Assembly (NCBI GenBank): GCA_051252135.1 | Contig: JBPOGH010000009.1 | Span: 32,001 to 96,000, forward strand | DNA length: 64,000 nucleotides | Reading direction: 5' to 3' | Source of the DNA: Verrucomicrobiaceae bacterium | GTDB lineage: Bacteria > Verrucomicrobiota > Verrucomicrobiia > Verrucomicrobiales > Akkermansiaceae | Part shown: positions 40,163 to 49,424 of the stretch, one piece after another | Layout of the letters: each line of letters starts with the position of its first letter | How positions within the stretch are numbered: the stretch's first letter is position 1 | Program-made: the position numbers and the translations under genes | The notes under the pieces: model-generated | Told to the model about the DNA's origin: nothing | Database searches by the model: none | The model's input: only the letters and a program-made list of their open reading frames with translations

Positions 40163-41004
40163 TGAGTGCTTCGGGTGAAATAGATTTTACGGTTGTGACG
40201 CCCAATTTTAATTATGGGCGTTTTTTGGGGGAGTGTCTTGCGAGTGTGGCGGGGCAGGAGGGGGTGCGGGTGGAGCATTTGGTGATTGATGGGGGGTCGA
40301 CGGATGATTCGGAGGAGGTGGTGAGGGGTTATGAGGGGGTGGACTGGCAGAGTGAGTCTGATGAGGGGATGAGTGATGCGATCAACAAGGGGTTTGTGCG
40401 GGCGAGGGGGAGGTGGGTGATGTGGCTGAATGCGGATGATCGGTTGAAGCCGGGGGCGTTGCGGGAGGTGAAGGAGTTTGCGGAGGGGAAGGGGGAGCTG
40501 GATGTGATTTACGGGGGGTGGGATTTTGTGGATGACGGGATGCGGTTGAAGAAGCGGATGAGTGTGTTTCCGATGAAGGGGCTGATGTTACGCCATATGG
40601 GGTGTTACATTGGTTCGACGGCTTGTTTTGTGAATCGGGAGAGGGTTTTGGAGGCGGGGCATTTGTTGGATGCGTCGTTTCATTATGTGATGGATGGGGA
40701 GTTTTATTGTCGGTTGCTGGGGGCGGGGATGCGGTTTGGTTATCTTCCGGTGTGTTTGGCGGATTTCCGTTTGCACGGGGAGAATCAGAGTTTCCGGAAC
40801 CGGGGTGAGGAGGGGGTGAGGGGGCGGTTGCGGCTGGAGCAGCAGTATGCGGAGTCGCGGACGATCCGGCGGGTGTATGGGGTGACGTTATTTGAGAGTG
40901 AGCATGCGAACTCGGTGGTGGATGCGTGTTTGTATTTTGGGTGTCGGGTGCAGAAGGCGTTTCTGGGTCTGGTGCACCGGAGGCGGTTGCGGATGCCGCG
41001 GTAG
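40159..41004 (+). CDS. Glycosyltransferase family 2 (paralog of 34044)
   Basis: TVVTPNFN, DGGSTD and WLNADD. Confidence 0.92.
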   Translation: MMSASGEIDFTVVTPNFNYGRFLGECLASVAGQEGVRVEHLVIDGGSTDDSEEVVRGYEGVDWQSESDEGMSDAINKGFVRARGRWVMWLNADDRLKPGALREVKEFAEGKGELDVIYGGWDFVDDGMRLKKRMSVFPMKGLMLRHMGCYIGSTACFVNRERVLEAGHLLDASFHYVMDGEFYCRLLGAGMRFGYLPVCLADFRLHGENQSFRNRGEEGVRGRLRLEQQYAESRTIRRVYGVTLFESEHANSVVDACLYFGCRVQKAFLGLVHRRRLRMPR

Positions 41005-41015
41005 AGTTTTTTCTG

Positions 41016-42290
41016 ATGATGAATCGAGTGGATGGATTAAGAAGGAGGGAGGAGTTGCTTGAGTTTGTGCAAGCGGCAGGGGGCGAGGTGGCATTTTTGC
41101 GCTTTGAGGTGGCGGGGCTGGAGCAGCGGGAGGATAGTGATTGGGATGTGGCGGTGAGGGATGGGGAGGCGATGAGGCGGGTGGCTGGTGAGCGTTATGG
41201 GAAGCCGCTGCTTGAGGTGCGCCGGCAGTATGTGGAGCAGCGGTACTATGAGTGGGGGCAGTTGGATTTTCTGCCGGTGTTTGAGTGGAACGGGTTTTGT
41301 TATTTGGGTCAGGAGCGTTTTTGGGGTGGCGTTTCGACGGGGGAGGATGGGATTCCGAGGCCGAGGGTTGGTCATGACGGGTTTGTGGTGTGGATGACGG
41401 GGTTGTTGTGGGGAGGGGTTTACAATGAGCGGTATGATGGGTTGTTGAAGGAGGCGGTGGAGGGTGACGGGGAGGAGTTTCGGGAGTGTTTGGTTGAGGT
41501 GTTTGGGGAGGCTTTGGGCGGGGAGTTGTATGGGTTGGCGGAGGCGGGAGATTTTGGCGGGGCGGTGGAGTGGGTGGGCCGGATGCGGTGGAAGTTGGCT
41601 TTGGGGAATGTGGGGCGTGACGGGGCGGATGCGATTTTCCGGGTGGTGAGTCATTGGCGGGTGGAGTGGGGTCATCATTGGGATCCGCCTTTTCCATGGG
41701 TGGCGTTTTTAGGACCGGACGGGAGCGGGAAGTCGACGGTGATTGACGGGGTGAAGGAGCGATTCCGGCGGTCGCGGATCGGGATCAAGCATGTGCACTG
41801 GAGGCCGAAGTTGAGAGGCGGGGATGATGATCCGGGGATGGTGGTGGATGATCCCCATGGTGCACCGCAGCGGGGGAAGTTGGTTTCTTTGGTGGCGTTG
41901 GTGTTGTTGGTGCTGCGGTGGTGGGCAGGGTTGGTTTGTAAGATTTGGCATGTGCGAGCGAAGAAGGCGATGATGCTGTCCGACCGTTATTATTTGGATC
42001 TTTTGGCGGATTCCCGGCGGTATCGTTTTGGGCTTCCGCTGTGGTGCGCGCGTTGGGCGTTTGGGCTGATTCCGCGGCCGCAGTTTACGATGGTGCTTTT
42101 GACGGATGCGGAGACGATTTTGGCGCGGAAGGCGGAGGTGCCTAAGGAGGAGCTGGAGCGGCAGTTGGTGGCGTATCGGGAGCTGGCGGAGTCGATGGGC
42201 GAGCGGGCGTGTGTTTTGGATGTTTCGAGGTCTCCGGAGGTGGTGATTGGGGAGGCTTTTGAGAAGATTACGGGTGTGATGAGAGGATGA
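41016..42290 (+). CDS. Nucleotidyltransferase-like domain fused to a thymidylate-kinase-like P-loop domain
   Basis: N-terminal DSDWDVAV and LDF. C-terminal FLGPDGSGKST, SDRYYLD and ILARKAE. Confidence 0.72.
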   Translation: MMNRVDGLRRREELLEFVQAAGGEVAFLRFEVAGLEQREDSDWDVAVRDGEAMRRVAGERYGKPLLEVRRQYVEQRYYEWGQLDFLPVFEWNGFCYLGQERFWGGVSTGEDGIPRPRVGHDGFVVWMTGLLWGGVYNERYDGLLKEAVEGDGEEFRECLVEVFGEALGGELYGLAEAGDFGGAVEWVGRMRWKLALGNVGRDGADAIFRVVSHWRVEWGHHWDPPFPWVAFLGPDGSGKSTVIDGVKERFRRSRIGIKHVHWRPKLRGGDDDPGMVVDDPHGAPQRGKLVSLVALVLLVLRWWAGLVCKIWHVRAKKAMMLSDRYYLDLLADSRRYRFGLPLWCARWAFGLIPRPQFTMVLLTDAETILARKAEVPKEELERQLVAYRELAESMGERACVLDVSRSPEVVIGEAFEKITGVMRG

Positions 42291-43435
42291 TGAGTGAGGG
42301 GAATTCCATACGGGTGGCGCACTACATGCCGCCGTATCCGGCGTGCGATGGGTCGAGTGCGTTTTGCCGCGGGCTTTCGCGTGCGATGAACCGGATGGAG
42401 CGGGGGAGTTGCCCGATCATTACGTGTCGCGAGGGGGCGGAGGAGCATGAGGATGAGGAGTTGCTGCGGTATCGTCGGGTGTCGAGGAATCCGTTTTCGT
42501 TACCGGAGGGGCTGGCGGAGGACCTGGAGAGCAATCGGCACGGTTTGGACGGGGTGGTTTTGCATGGAACGTATAATCCTCCGATGGTGGGTTTGGCGGG
42601 GGTGTTGAGGAAGCTGAAGATTCCTTATTTGTTTGTGCCCCATGATCCGTATCCGCCTGCGTTGCGGAAGCATCATTGGGTGCGGAAGGCGGTGTTCTGG
42701 AAGATTTTTGAGAAGGGGATGATCGAGTCTGCGAGGGCGTTGCAATTACTGGATGAAAGCCATGAGCGATTTATCCGGGAGTTGGGGTGCGAGGTGGAGA
42801 CGGTGGTTTTGCCAAACGGTTGTGAGCCCGAGATGCTTGCGGATCTGGAGGGTGAGCCGGAGAGGAGTGAGGGGAGAGAGAGGGCCCGGGTGTTTTATTT
42901 GGGCCGGATGGACCGGAATCACAAGGGGTTGGATTTGTTGATTGAGGGGTTTGGTTTGTTTTTGAAGAAGACGGGTGCGGAGGCGGAGTTGGTGCTAACG
43001 GGTAATGATTGGCATGACCGGGAGGAGTTGGAGAATTTGGCGAAGGAGTTGGGTTTGGAGGAGAGGGTGATTTTTACGGGGAGGAGCAAGAGGCCGTCGG
43101 TTTGTCTGCATCGGGAGGCGGATCTGGTGGTGCTGCCATCAAGGTTTGATGGCTTTGGTCTGACGATTGTGGAGGCGATGTTGGTGGGGCGCCCGGTGTT
43201 GGTTTCACGGGAGGCGGGGGTGGCGCGGCATGTGGAGCGGGCGGGCGGGGGATGGGTGGTGAAGCCGGAGGCGGGTGAGATCGCGCTTGGGTTGGAGAGT
43301 GCGTTTGCGGATCGGGGGAAGTGGGGTGAGTTCGGGGAGAAGAATCGTGATTACGTGTTGAATCATTTGACCTGGGATCAGGTGGCGACGCGGACGTTTG
43401 AGGTTTATCGGGAGATTTTTGGAGCAGGACGATGA
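42287..43435 (+). CDS. Glycosyltransferase family 4
   Basis: YLGRMDRNHKGLD and PSRFDGFGLTIVEAM. Confidence 0.9.
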   Translation: MMSEGNSIRVAHYMPPYPACDGSSAFCRGLSRAMNRMERGSCPIITCREGAEEHEDEELLRYRRVSRNPFSLPEGLAEDLESNRHGLDGVVLHGTYNPPMVGLAGVLRKLKIPYLFVPHDPYPPALRKHHWVRKAVFWKIFEKGMIESARALQLLDESHERFIRELGCEVETVVLPNGCEPEMLADLEGEPERSEGRERARVFYLGRMDRNHKGLDLLIEGFGLFLKKTGAEAELVLTGNDWHDREELENLAKELGLEERVIFTGRSKRPSVCLHREADLVVLPSRFDGFGLTIVEAMLVGRPVLVSREAGVARHVERAGGGWVVKPEAGEIALGLESAFADRGKWGEFGEKNRDYVLNHLTWDQVATRTFEVYREIFGAGR

Positions 43436-44664
43436 AGGTGTTGGTCAGTGCTTATGCGTGCGAACCCGGGAGGGGGGCAGAGCCGGGGGTGGGCTGGAAT
43501 ATTGTGAAGGGTTTGAGTGCGAAGCATGAGCTTTGGGTGCTGACGCGGTCGGACAATGAGGAGGTGATTGCGGGTTCGGGCGAGGAGTGGGTGGCGAGGG
43601 TGAATTGGGTGTATCTGGATCCGCCGCGATGGTTGACGTTTTGGAAGAGGGGGCGGCGGGGGTTGATGTTGTTTTATTTTTTGTGGCAGTGGACGGCGTT
43701 GTTTCGGGCGAAGGCTCTGATGGAGGAGCAGGATGAGGGGTTCGATTTGGTTCATCATTTGACCTTTGGGTCGGTGGTGCCGGCGAGTCCGCTGGCTTTG
43801 CTGGGAAGGCCGATGGTATACGGTCCCTTGGGCGGGGCGGAGAACCCACCCGAGGAGTTGGAGCAAAGTATGCCCTGGCGGCTGAGGTGGAAGGTGTGGC
43901 GGCGGAGGTTGATTCACGGGGTGGCGTTTGTGGTCTCCCGGGCCGGTCATGTTTACCGGGATTCGGCATGGGTGCTGGCAGCGACTCCGCAGGCGGCGCA
44001 ATTTTTCCGCGAGGTGGGAGCGAAGGGGGTGAGTGTGCTGCCGCAGTCGGGGATCGGGGATGATGAGGTGACGAGATTTGGGGAGAGGAATCGATTGGCG
44101 GGGAGGGCGGGTCCCATCAGGTTGGTGTGCGCGAGTCGATTGATTTACTGGAAGGGGGTGGATCTGGCGATCGAGGGAGTTGCGCGCGCGGTGGAGTCCG
44201 GAGTGGATGTGGAGCTGGATATTTTGGAGATGGGGCCTGAGCGGGAGGCTTTGGAGGAGTTGGTGGCGAAAAACGGGTTGGAGGAACGGGTGCGGTTTCG
44301 CGGGCGTTTGGAATCACTGGAGGAAGTGTATGCGTTGATCGGGAAAGCTGATGCGCTGGTTCATCTGGCGATTCACGAGGCATTTGGTCAGGCGTGTTTG
44401 GAGAGTATGGCATTGGGAGTGCCGGTGATTTGTTTGGATTGGGCCGGGCCGGGGATGCTGGTCAGTGAGGAGTCGGGGTATCCCATTCCGGTGGGGAGCA
44501 GGGAGGAAGTTTTGGATGGAGTGGCTGATGCGATTTTGCGTTGTGGTGGAGAGCGGGGTCAGGGCGAAGGTAAGTCCGAGAAGGCACGTGAGAGGGCGCG
44601 ATTGTTTCTTTGGGAGGGCGTGGTGAAAGGTGTCCTTGAGAGTTATAAAGTCGTGAATGATTAA
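43432..44664 (+). CDS. Glycosyltransferase family 4 (paralog of 32812)
   Basis: YACEPGRGAEPGVGW and HEAFGQACLESMA. Confidence 0.9.
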   Translation: MKVLVSAYACEPGRGAEPGVGWNIVKGLSAKHELWVLTRSDNEEVIAGSGEEWVARVNWVYLDPPRWLTFWKRGRRGLMLFYFLWQWTALFRAKALMEEQDEGFDLVHHLTFGSVVPASPLALLGRPMVYGPLGGAENPPEELEQSMPWRLRWKVWRRRLIHGVAFVVSRAGHVYRDSAWVLAATPQAAQFFREVGAKGVSVLPQSGIGDDEVTRFGERNRLAGRAGPIRLVCASRLIYWKGVDLAIEGVARAVESGVDVELDILEMGPEREALEELVAKNGLEERVRFRGRLESLEEVYALIGKADALVHLAIHEAFGQACLESMALGVPVICLDWAGPGMLVSEESGYPIPVGSREEVLDGVADAILRCGGERGQGEGKSEKARERARLFLWEGVVKGVLESYKVVND

Positions 44665-44719
44665 TGGTAAATCTAACGAGACCAAAAGGTTGTTGAGTTA
44701 ATATTTTTAGAGGTTTAGA

Positions 44720-44729
44720 AACCTGCGGT
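44720..44729 (+). repeat. Intergenic motif AACCTGCGGT, copy 3
   Basis: Ends 8 nt before the GTG start of the DUF1800 gene. Confidence 0.6.
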
Positions 44730-44737
44730 TACCAATT

Positions 44738-46876
44738 GTGAATAGTTTTCAATCAAGCGAGCGAGCCGGAATCGGCCATGGGTACCTGTGGTCATTGGTG
44801 GTGATGTTCTTTTTCTTATGGAGTTCCCGGGCTCCCGGGATGTTGGATTTCAATGGGGACGGGATGTCGGAGATGTGGAAGCTGATGAATCCCGGCCTCG
44901 AAGAGGGGGGGGATTTTGATGGTGACGGAAGGTCCAATTTCTTGGAGTCGATTTCGGGCACCGATCCTGCGAATGGGGGTGATTTTCTGAAGATTCAATC
45001 GGTGAGGATTGAGGGAGAGGAAATCAAGATTCAATGGAATGGTGTGGAGGGGAAGGTGTATACGGTGCAGAAGCTCGAGAGTAATCCTCAGGAATGGGTG
45101 GATGTTTTAGTGGTGCCAGCTGGCGGGATCGCCCGGGTGCTGGAGGTCGGGGTGCCCCTGAGTGAGGAATCCGAGTTTTTTCGAGTGTCGGTTGTTGATG
45201 TCGATGCGGACCAGGATGGGTTGACGGCCTGGGAGGAGGCGCAGTTGGGTTGGAGCGACGAAGATGCTTTTAGTTCGGGGATGGGCGAAGGAGGGGATTA
45301 CGAAGAGGCGTTGAGATTACTGGAGAGCGAAAGTGGTGCTCCATTGGCGTCGGGTGGGGTTTTGCCCCGGAGACGGCCTTCGGAGGAAGAGGCTTCGCGG
45401 TTTTTGGTCCAGGCTTCATTTGGTCCGACCACGGAGTCGATTGAGGAGGTTGCGGATAACGGGATGCTGAACTGGTTTGATGATCAGATGTCACTTCCGG
45501 TGTCGAAGACCCAGACGAGCATGTTTGCGACGGGCAAATCGTGGAGTGCGACGTTGTGGCGCCATGGGTGGTGGCGATCTGCGATTGTGGCGCCGGATCA
45601 ATTGCGCCACAGAATGGCGTATGCCCTGAGTCAAATTCTTGTGGTGAACACGGAGCCCGGCACGGTTGTGGGTGATAATTCCCTGACGCAGGCCATTTAC
45701 TATGATGGTTACCTTGATCGGAGCTTTGGGGAGTACCGCGATCTATTGGATTTTGTCACCTATAGCCCGGTGATGGGTTTTTATTTGTCCCATTTGAACA
45801 ACCGGAAGAGTGATCCGAGTGTGGGGCGGTTCCCGGATGAGAACTATGCGCGGGAGATTATGCAGCTCTTTTCGATCGGGCTCTGGGAGCTGAATCAGGA
45901 CGGGAGCAGGAAGGTGGATGGCGAGGGTAATTTTATCAGCACCTATGATAACGGGGTGATTACCGAACTGGCGAAGGTCTTTACCGGAATGAGTCATTCG
46001 TATTCGCTGGGGAAGGTTGCAACGAGCTTTTATGATCCGGTCTATGGGAACGATTATCAAAAGCCCTTGAAAGTGTGGGATGAGGAGCACGAGCAGGGGG
46101 AGAAGGTTCTGTTTGGCGGGGTGGTGGTGCCGGCAGGTCAAACCGGAGAAGAGGATGTGCAGCAGACCTTGGATGCGTTGTGCGAGCATCCTAATGTGGG
46201 GCCGTTCATGGCGCGGCTTCTCATTCAGCGATTCACGACGTCGAATCCCAGTCCCCAGTATATTTCGCGGGTTTCTGAGATTTGGCAACGGAGTGAGGGC
46301 GATTTGGGTCGGGTCGTCAGGGCGATTATTTTTGACCCTGAAGCGCGGACCCCCAATAGGGCCGGGGATTCGAGGGGGATGGTGAGGGAGCCGTTGTTGA
46401 GGCTGGTGCATTTGCAACGGGCGTTTGCGAAACCGGATTCAGACGGGAAATACGGGGTGCAAGCCAACACCTTGAAGGAAGCGTTTGGGCAGTTTGCGAT
46501 GTCCGCGCCCACGGTATTCAATTTTTATAGTCCGGATCATTCTCCGGAGGGAGAGCTGAGGGAGATGGGATTGTTTGCGCCGGAGATAGAGATTGCCACG
46601 ACGGGCAGCTTGTTGGCGACCCATGATGAGCTGAGGAACAGCGCATTCTACGGGCATTGGAGTAGTCCCATTAGTTATCAGGATGAGGAGGCGATGATTG
46701 ATGATCTGGATATGGTGATGGATCATCTGGATGTTTTGCTGACCTACGGGACGTTGCCGGAGGACCAGAAGGCTTTGATCAAGGGGCAGATGGCGACGTA
46801 TTCTTCCGTAACCCAACGGGTGCAGGTGGCGGTTCAGTTAATTGTGACATCGCCTACTTTTTCCGTTCTCAAATAG
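44738..46876 (+). CDS. DUF1800 domain protein with N-terminal DxDGDG Ca-binding-like repeats
   Basis: ASRFLVQASFGP, DQLRHRMAYALSQI and PDENYAREIMQLFSIGL. DFNGDG, DFDGDG and DADQDG repeats. Confidence 0.88.
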   Translation: MNSFQSSERAGIGHGYLWSLVVMFFFLWSSRAPGMLDFNGDGMSEMWKLMNPGLEEGGDFDGDGRSNFLESISGTDPANGGDFLKIQSVRIEGEEIKIQWNGVEGKVYTVQKLESNPQEWVDVLVVPAGGIARVLEVGVPLSEESEFFRVSVVDVDADQDGLTAWEEAQLGWSDEDAFSSGMGEGGDYEEALRLLESESGAPLASGGVLPRRRPSEEEASRFLVQASFGPTTESIEEVADNGMLNWFDDQMSLPVSKTQTSMFATGKSWSATLWRHGWWRSAIVAPDQLRHRMAYALSQILVVNTEPGTVVGDNSLTQAIYYDGYLDRSFGEYRDLLDFVTYSPVMGFYLSHLNNRKSDPSVGRFPDENYAREIMQLFSIGLWELNQDGSRKVDGEGNFISTYDNGVITELAKVFTGMSHSYSLGKVATSFYDPVYGNDYQKPLKVWDEEHEQGEKVLFGGVVVPAGQTGEEDVQQTLDALCEHPNVGPFMARLLIQRFTTSNPSPQYISRVSEIWQRSEGDLGRVVRAIIFDPEARTPNRAGDSRGMVREPLLRLVHLQRAFAKPDSDGKYGVQANTLKEAFGQFAMSAPTVFNFYSPDHSPEGELREMGLFAPEIEIATTGSLLATHDELRNSAFYGHWSSPISYQDEEAMIDDLDMVMDHLDVLLTYGTLPEDQKALIKGQMATYSSVTQRVQVAVQLIVTSPTFSVLK

Positions 46877-46886
46877 TTTTTTAACG

Positions 46887-48293
46887 ATGATTGATTCTTC
46901 CAACCGGACGAGACGAAAATTCCTTGGCGAGGCGAGTTGCGGAGCAATTGGTTCTGTCTCCGCTTTGTCCTCTTTGATGAATTTGACGGTGACGCAGGCG
47001 CTGGCGGAGGAGCAGGGAGAGGCCGCGGGGGACTATCGGGCGTTGGTTTGTGTGTTTTTGGCAGGAGGAAATGATTCGTTCAATATGCTCACTCCGAACA
47101 GTGGTGATGGCTATGCGGAGTATCAAGCTGCGCGTGGGGGGTTGGCTTTACCAGCGGAGTCCTTGCTGGACCTTTCTTATGCGGTGCCGGATGGGCGGGA
47201 TTTGGGTCTGGCGGGTCAGATGCCGGCATTGAAGGATCTGTTCACGGGCGGCAAGGCGTCCTTCGTGGCGAATGTCGGGACTTTGGTGGAGCCAACGAGC
47301 CTGGCGGGGATTCAAGCCGGTTCCGTGGAGTTGCCGCTGGGGTTGTATTCTCATTTTGACCAGCAGTTGCATTGGCAGTCCGGTCTTCCGGATACGAGGG
47401 GGCCTGATTCCGGATGGGGAGGGCGGATGTCCTCCCTTCTCAATGATTTGAATGGGTCGAGCAAGGTGTCGATGAACCTTTCGCTCTCCGGAGTGAACAT
47501 GTTCCAAAGTGGATCGCCGAATGGGATTTTCACAAAGAAAGTAGGCAGTACACCGGGTTTGGTGAGTTGGAACAGCGCCTGGTATGCGGGCATGAGGCAG
47601 AAGGTGGAATCCATTTTGGAAGCGGAGTACGCCAATGTGTTTGAGAGGGTTTTGGCGGACAAGACGGTGAATGCGATTGAGACCGGGGAAGAGTATCGGT
47701 TGGCATTGGAGGCTTGTCCGGCTCCCGATTGGGGATTCACCGAAACGAATGGTTTGTCGGTGAAGTTGAGGGAGGTTGCGGAGTCGATCCTGGCGAGAGG
47801 GGAGCTGGGGATGCGGCGCCAGACGTTTTTTGTCACGGTGGGTGGTTGGGACCATCATGGCTCTCTGGATCCTCATCCCGCGATGTTGGGTGAGTTGAGT
47901 CAGGCGGTGGGTGAATTTTACGGTGCTTTGGAGCAGATGGGGGTTGAGAATGATGTCACTTTGTTCTCGGCTTCCGACTTTGGAAGAACCCTGTCGTCCA
48001 ACGGAGGAGGGACCGATCATGGTTGGGGAGGGAATCAGTTTGTGGTGGGTGGAGCTGTGGACGGGGGCAAAGTTTTTGGGACCTACCCGCATTTGGCATC
48101 GGGTTCCCAGTTTGATGTGGGTCGGGGTCGGTTGATTCCGACGACTCCGGTGGATGAGTATTTTGCGGATTTGGCGCTTTGGATGGGGGTCAGTGTGTCC
48201 GATTTGAATCAGGTTCTTCCGAATCTTGGCAGGTTCCATGATGTTGCATCGAATGGAGCGCCTCTGGGGTTGATGAAGAATGAGGTTTTGTGA
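46887..48293 (+). CDS. DUF1501 domain protein (Tat signal)
   Basis: TRRKFL, LVCVFLAGGNDSFN, GWDHH, SDFGRT and GTDHGWG. Confidence 0.88.
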   Translation: MIDSSNRTRRKFLGEASCGAIGSVSALSSLMNLTVTQALAEEQGEAAGDYRALVCVFLAGGNDSFNMLTPNSGDGYAEYQAARGGLALPAESLLDLSYAVPDGRDLGLAGQMPALKDLFTGGKASFVANVGTLVEPTSLAGIQAGSVELPLGLYSHFDQQLHWQSGLPDTRGPDSGWGGRMSSLLNDLNGSSKVSMNLSLSGVNMFQSGSPNGIFTKKVGSTPGLVSWNSAWYAGMRQKVESILEAEYANVFERVLADKTVNAIETGEEYRLALEACPAPDWGFTETNGLSVKLREVAESILARGELGMRRQTFFVTVGGWDHHGSLDPHPAMLGELSQAVGEFYGALEQMGVENDVTLFSASDFGRTLSSNGGGTDHGWGGNQFVVGGAVDGGKVFGTYPHLASGSQFDVGRGRLIPTTPVDEYFADLALWMGVSVSDLNQVLPNLGRFHDVASNGAPLGLMKNEVL

Positions 48294-48434
48294 TGTGGTC
48301 CGGCGGGATTCGAGATTTTGATTTACGTATCGTGATGGGCCTGATGCTTTAGGTTCATAGAATAATTAGTCGAGGCGAAGAAGCGAGTGAGCCTGCCAGA
48401 CGATTAACGGCCTGAATTTTTGAATAGAGACGCG

Positions 48435-49424
48435 ATGAACGTTGAGACAGACCAAGAGAACAGCCCTTCACCAACCTTGGGCAGTTTTTTCCAAGACACG
48501 TCGAAGGAGCGTCTTTTATTGGGGGCATTGGCTCTTTTGTTGGGGTATTTTTATTTGGTGTATCACGCCTTTCCCACGACGAACGGGAAGTCGTTATCGG
48601 GTTGGACCTGGTATGCCTGTAATTCCCAGACGGGATTCCTCCATGGTCGTTTTATCCCGATCGCTTTCATTGCGATGGCGGTCCTTGCGTGGAAAAAAGT
48701 CAGGGATATGCCGATGCGACCCAATGCATGGGGCATTGTCGCGGTGGGATTCGGGCTGCTGCTTTATTTGATGGCGGTCAGGACGGTTCAGCCACGTCTG
48801 GCGTTGATGGGGATTCCGTTTCTGATTTCCGGGCTGGTGCTGTATGTGGCGGGGTACGAGGTCATGAAGCACTTTTTGTTTCCGGCCTTTTTCTGGGTGT
48901 TTGCGATTCCGGTTCCGGGACTGGAGACGGCCTTGACAGGGGGGCTTCAGATTTTAACGACGCAATCGTGTTACCATGTGGGTGTTTTATTGGGGATGGA
49001 TCTGACTCTGGATGGTTCCAACATTTATCTGAACTCGGACAAGAATTCCAATTTCAACATTGCCGAGGGGTGTAGTGGGATCCGTTCGTTGATGGCGCTG
49101 ACGATGATTGCGGCGGTGTTTGGAAATTACACCCAGAAGCCGCTTTGGAAGAAGGCCTTGGTTTTTGCGTCGGCCTTACCGTTGGCGATCATTGGGAACT
49201 TTGGCAGGATTTTCACGATTCTGGTCATCGCGAGTTTGGGTTTTGAGGATTTTGCGAAGCGGACCTATCATGATTGGGCGGGGCTTCTGCTGTTCTTTCC
49301 GATTGCTCTTTCCGGCTTGTATTTGATCGATTACCTTCTGAATATCAAGGATCGGCGGAGAAAGCGGGTGAAGAAAACGGTGAAAACGAGTTCTAAAAAG
49401 AAAGGGGAAAATGCTCCCGCATGA
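48435..49424 (+). CDS. Exosortase (EpsH/Xrt family)
   Basis: Polytopic, with catalytic triad motifs AEGCSGIRSL, N..RI and YHD..G. Confidence 0.9.
   Translation: MNVETDQENSPSPTLGSFFQDTSKERLLLGALALLLGYFYLVYHAFPTTNGKSLSGWTWYACNSQTGFLHGRFIPIAFIAMAVLAWKKVRDMPMRPNAWGIVAVGFGLLLYLMAVRTVQPRLALMGIPFLISGLVLYVAGYEVMKHFLFPAFFWVFAIPVPGLETALTGGLQILTTQSCYHVGVLLGMDLTLDGSNIYLNSDKNSNFNIAEGCSGIRSLMALTMIAAVFGNYTQKPLWKKALVFASALPLAIIGNFGRIFTILVIASLGFEDFAKRTYHDWAGLLLFFPIALSGLYLIDYLLNIKDRRRKRVKKTVKTSSKKKGENAPA

Noticed and set aside
35800..41900. Abundant G-runs resembling G-quadruplex motifs
   Set aside because: They are explained by the strand skew and Gly/Val/Glu codons, with no positional pattern.
41016..42290. 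The P-loop domain as the missing sulfotransferase or as housekeeping thymidylate kinase
   Set aside because: GPDGSGKST with DRY is NMP-kinase-like rather than a sulfotransferase PSB loop. The NTase fusion and glycan context argue against a canonical Tmk.
32764..44001. Many long minus-strand ORFs rich in P/H/T/Q (e.g. 32764-34005, 34823-36142, 36615-38003)
   Set aside because: These are antisense shadows of real + strand genes, with composition dictated by the G/T skew. They carry no motifs.
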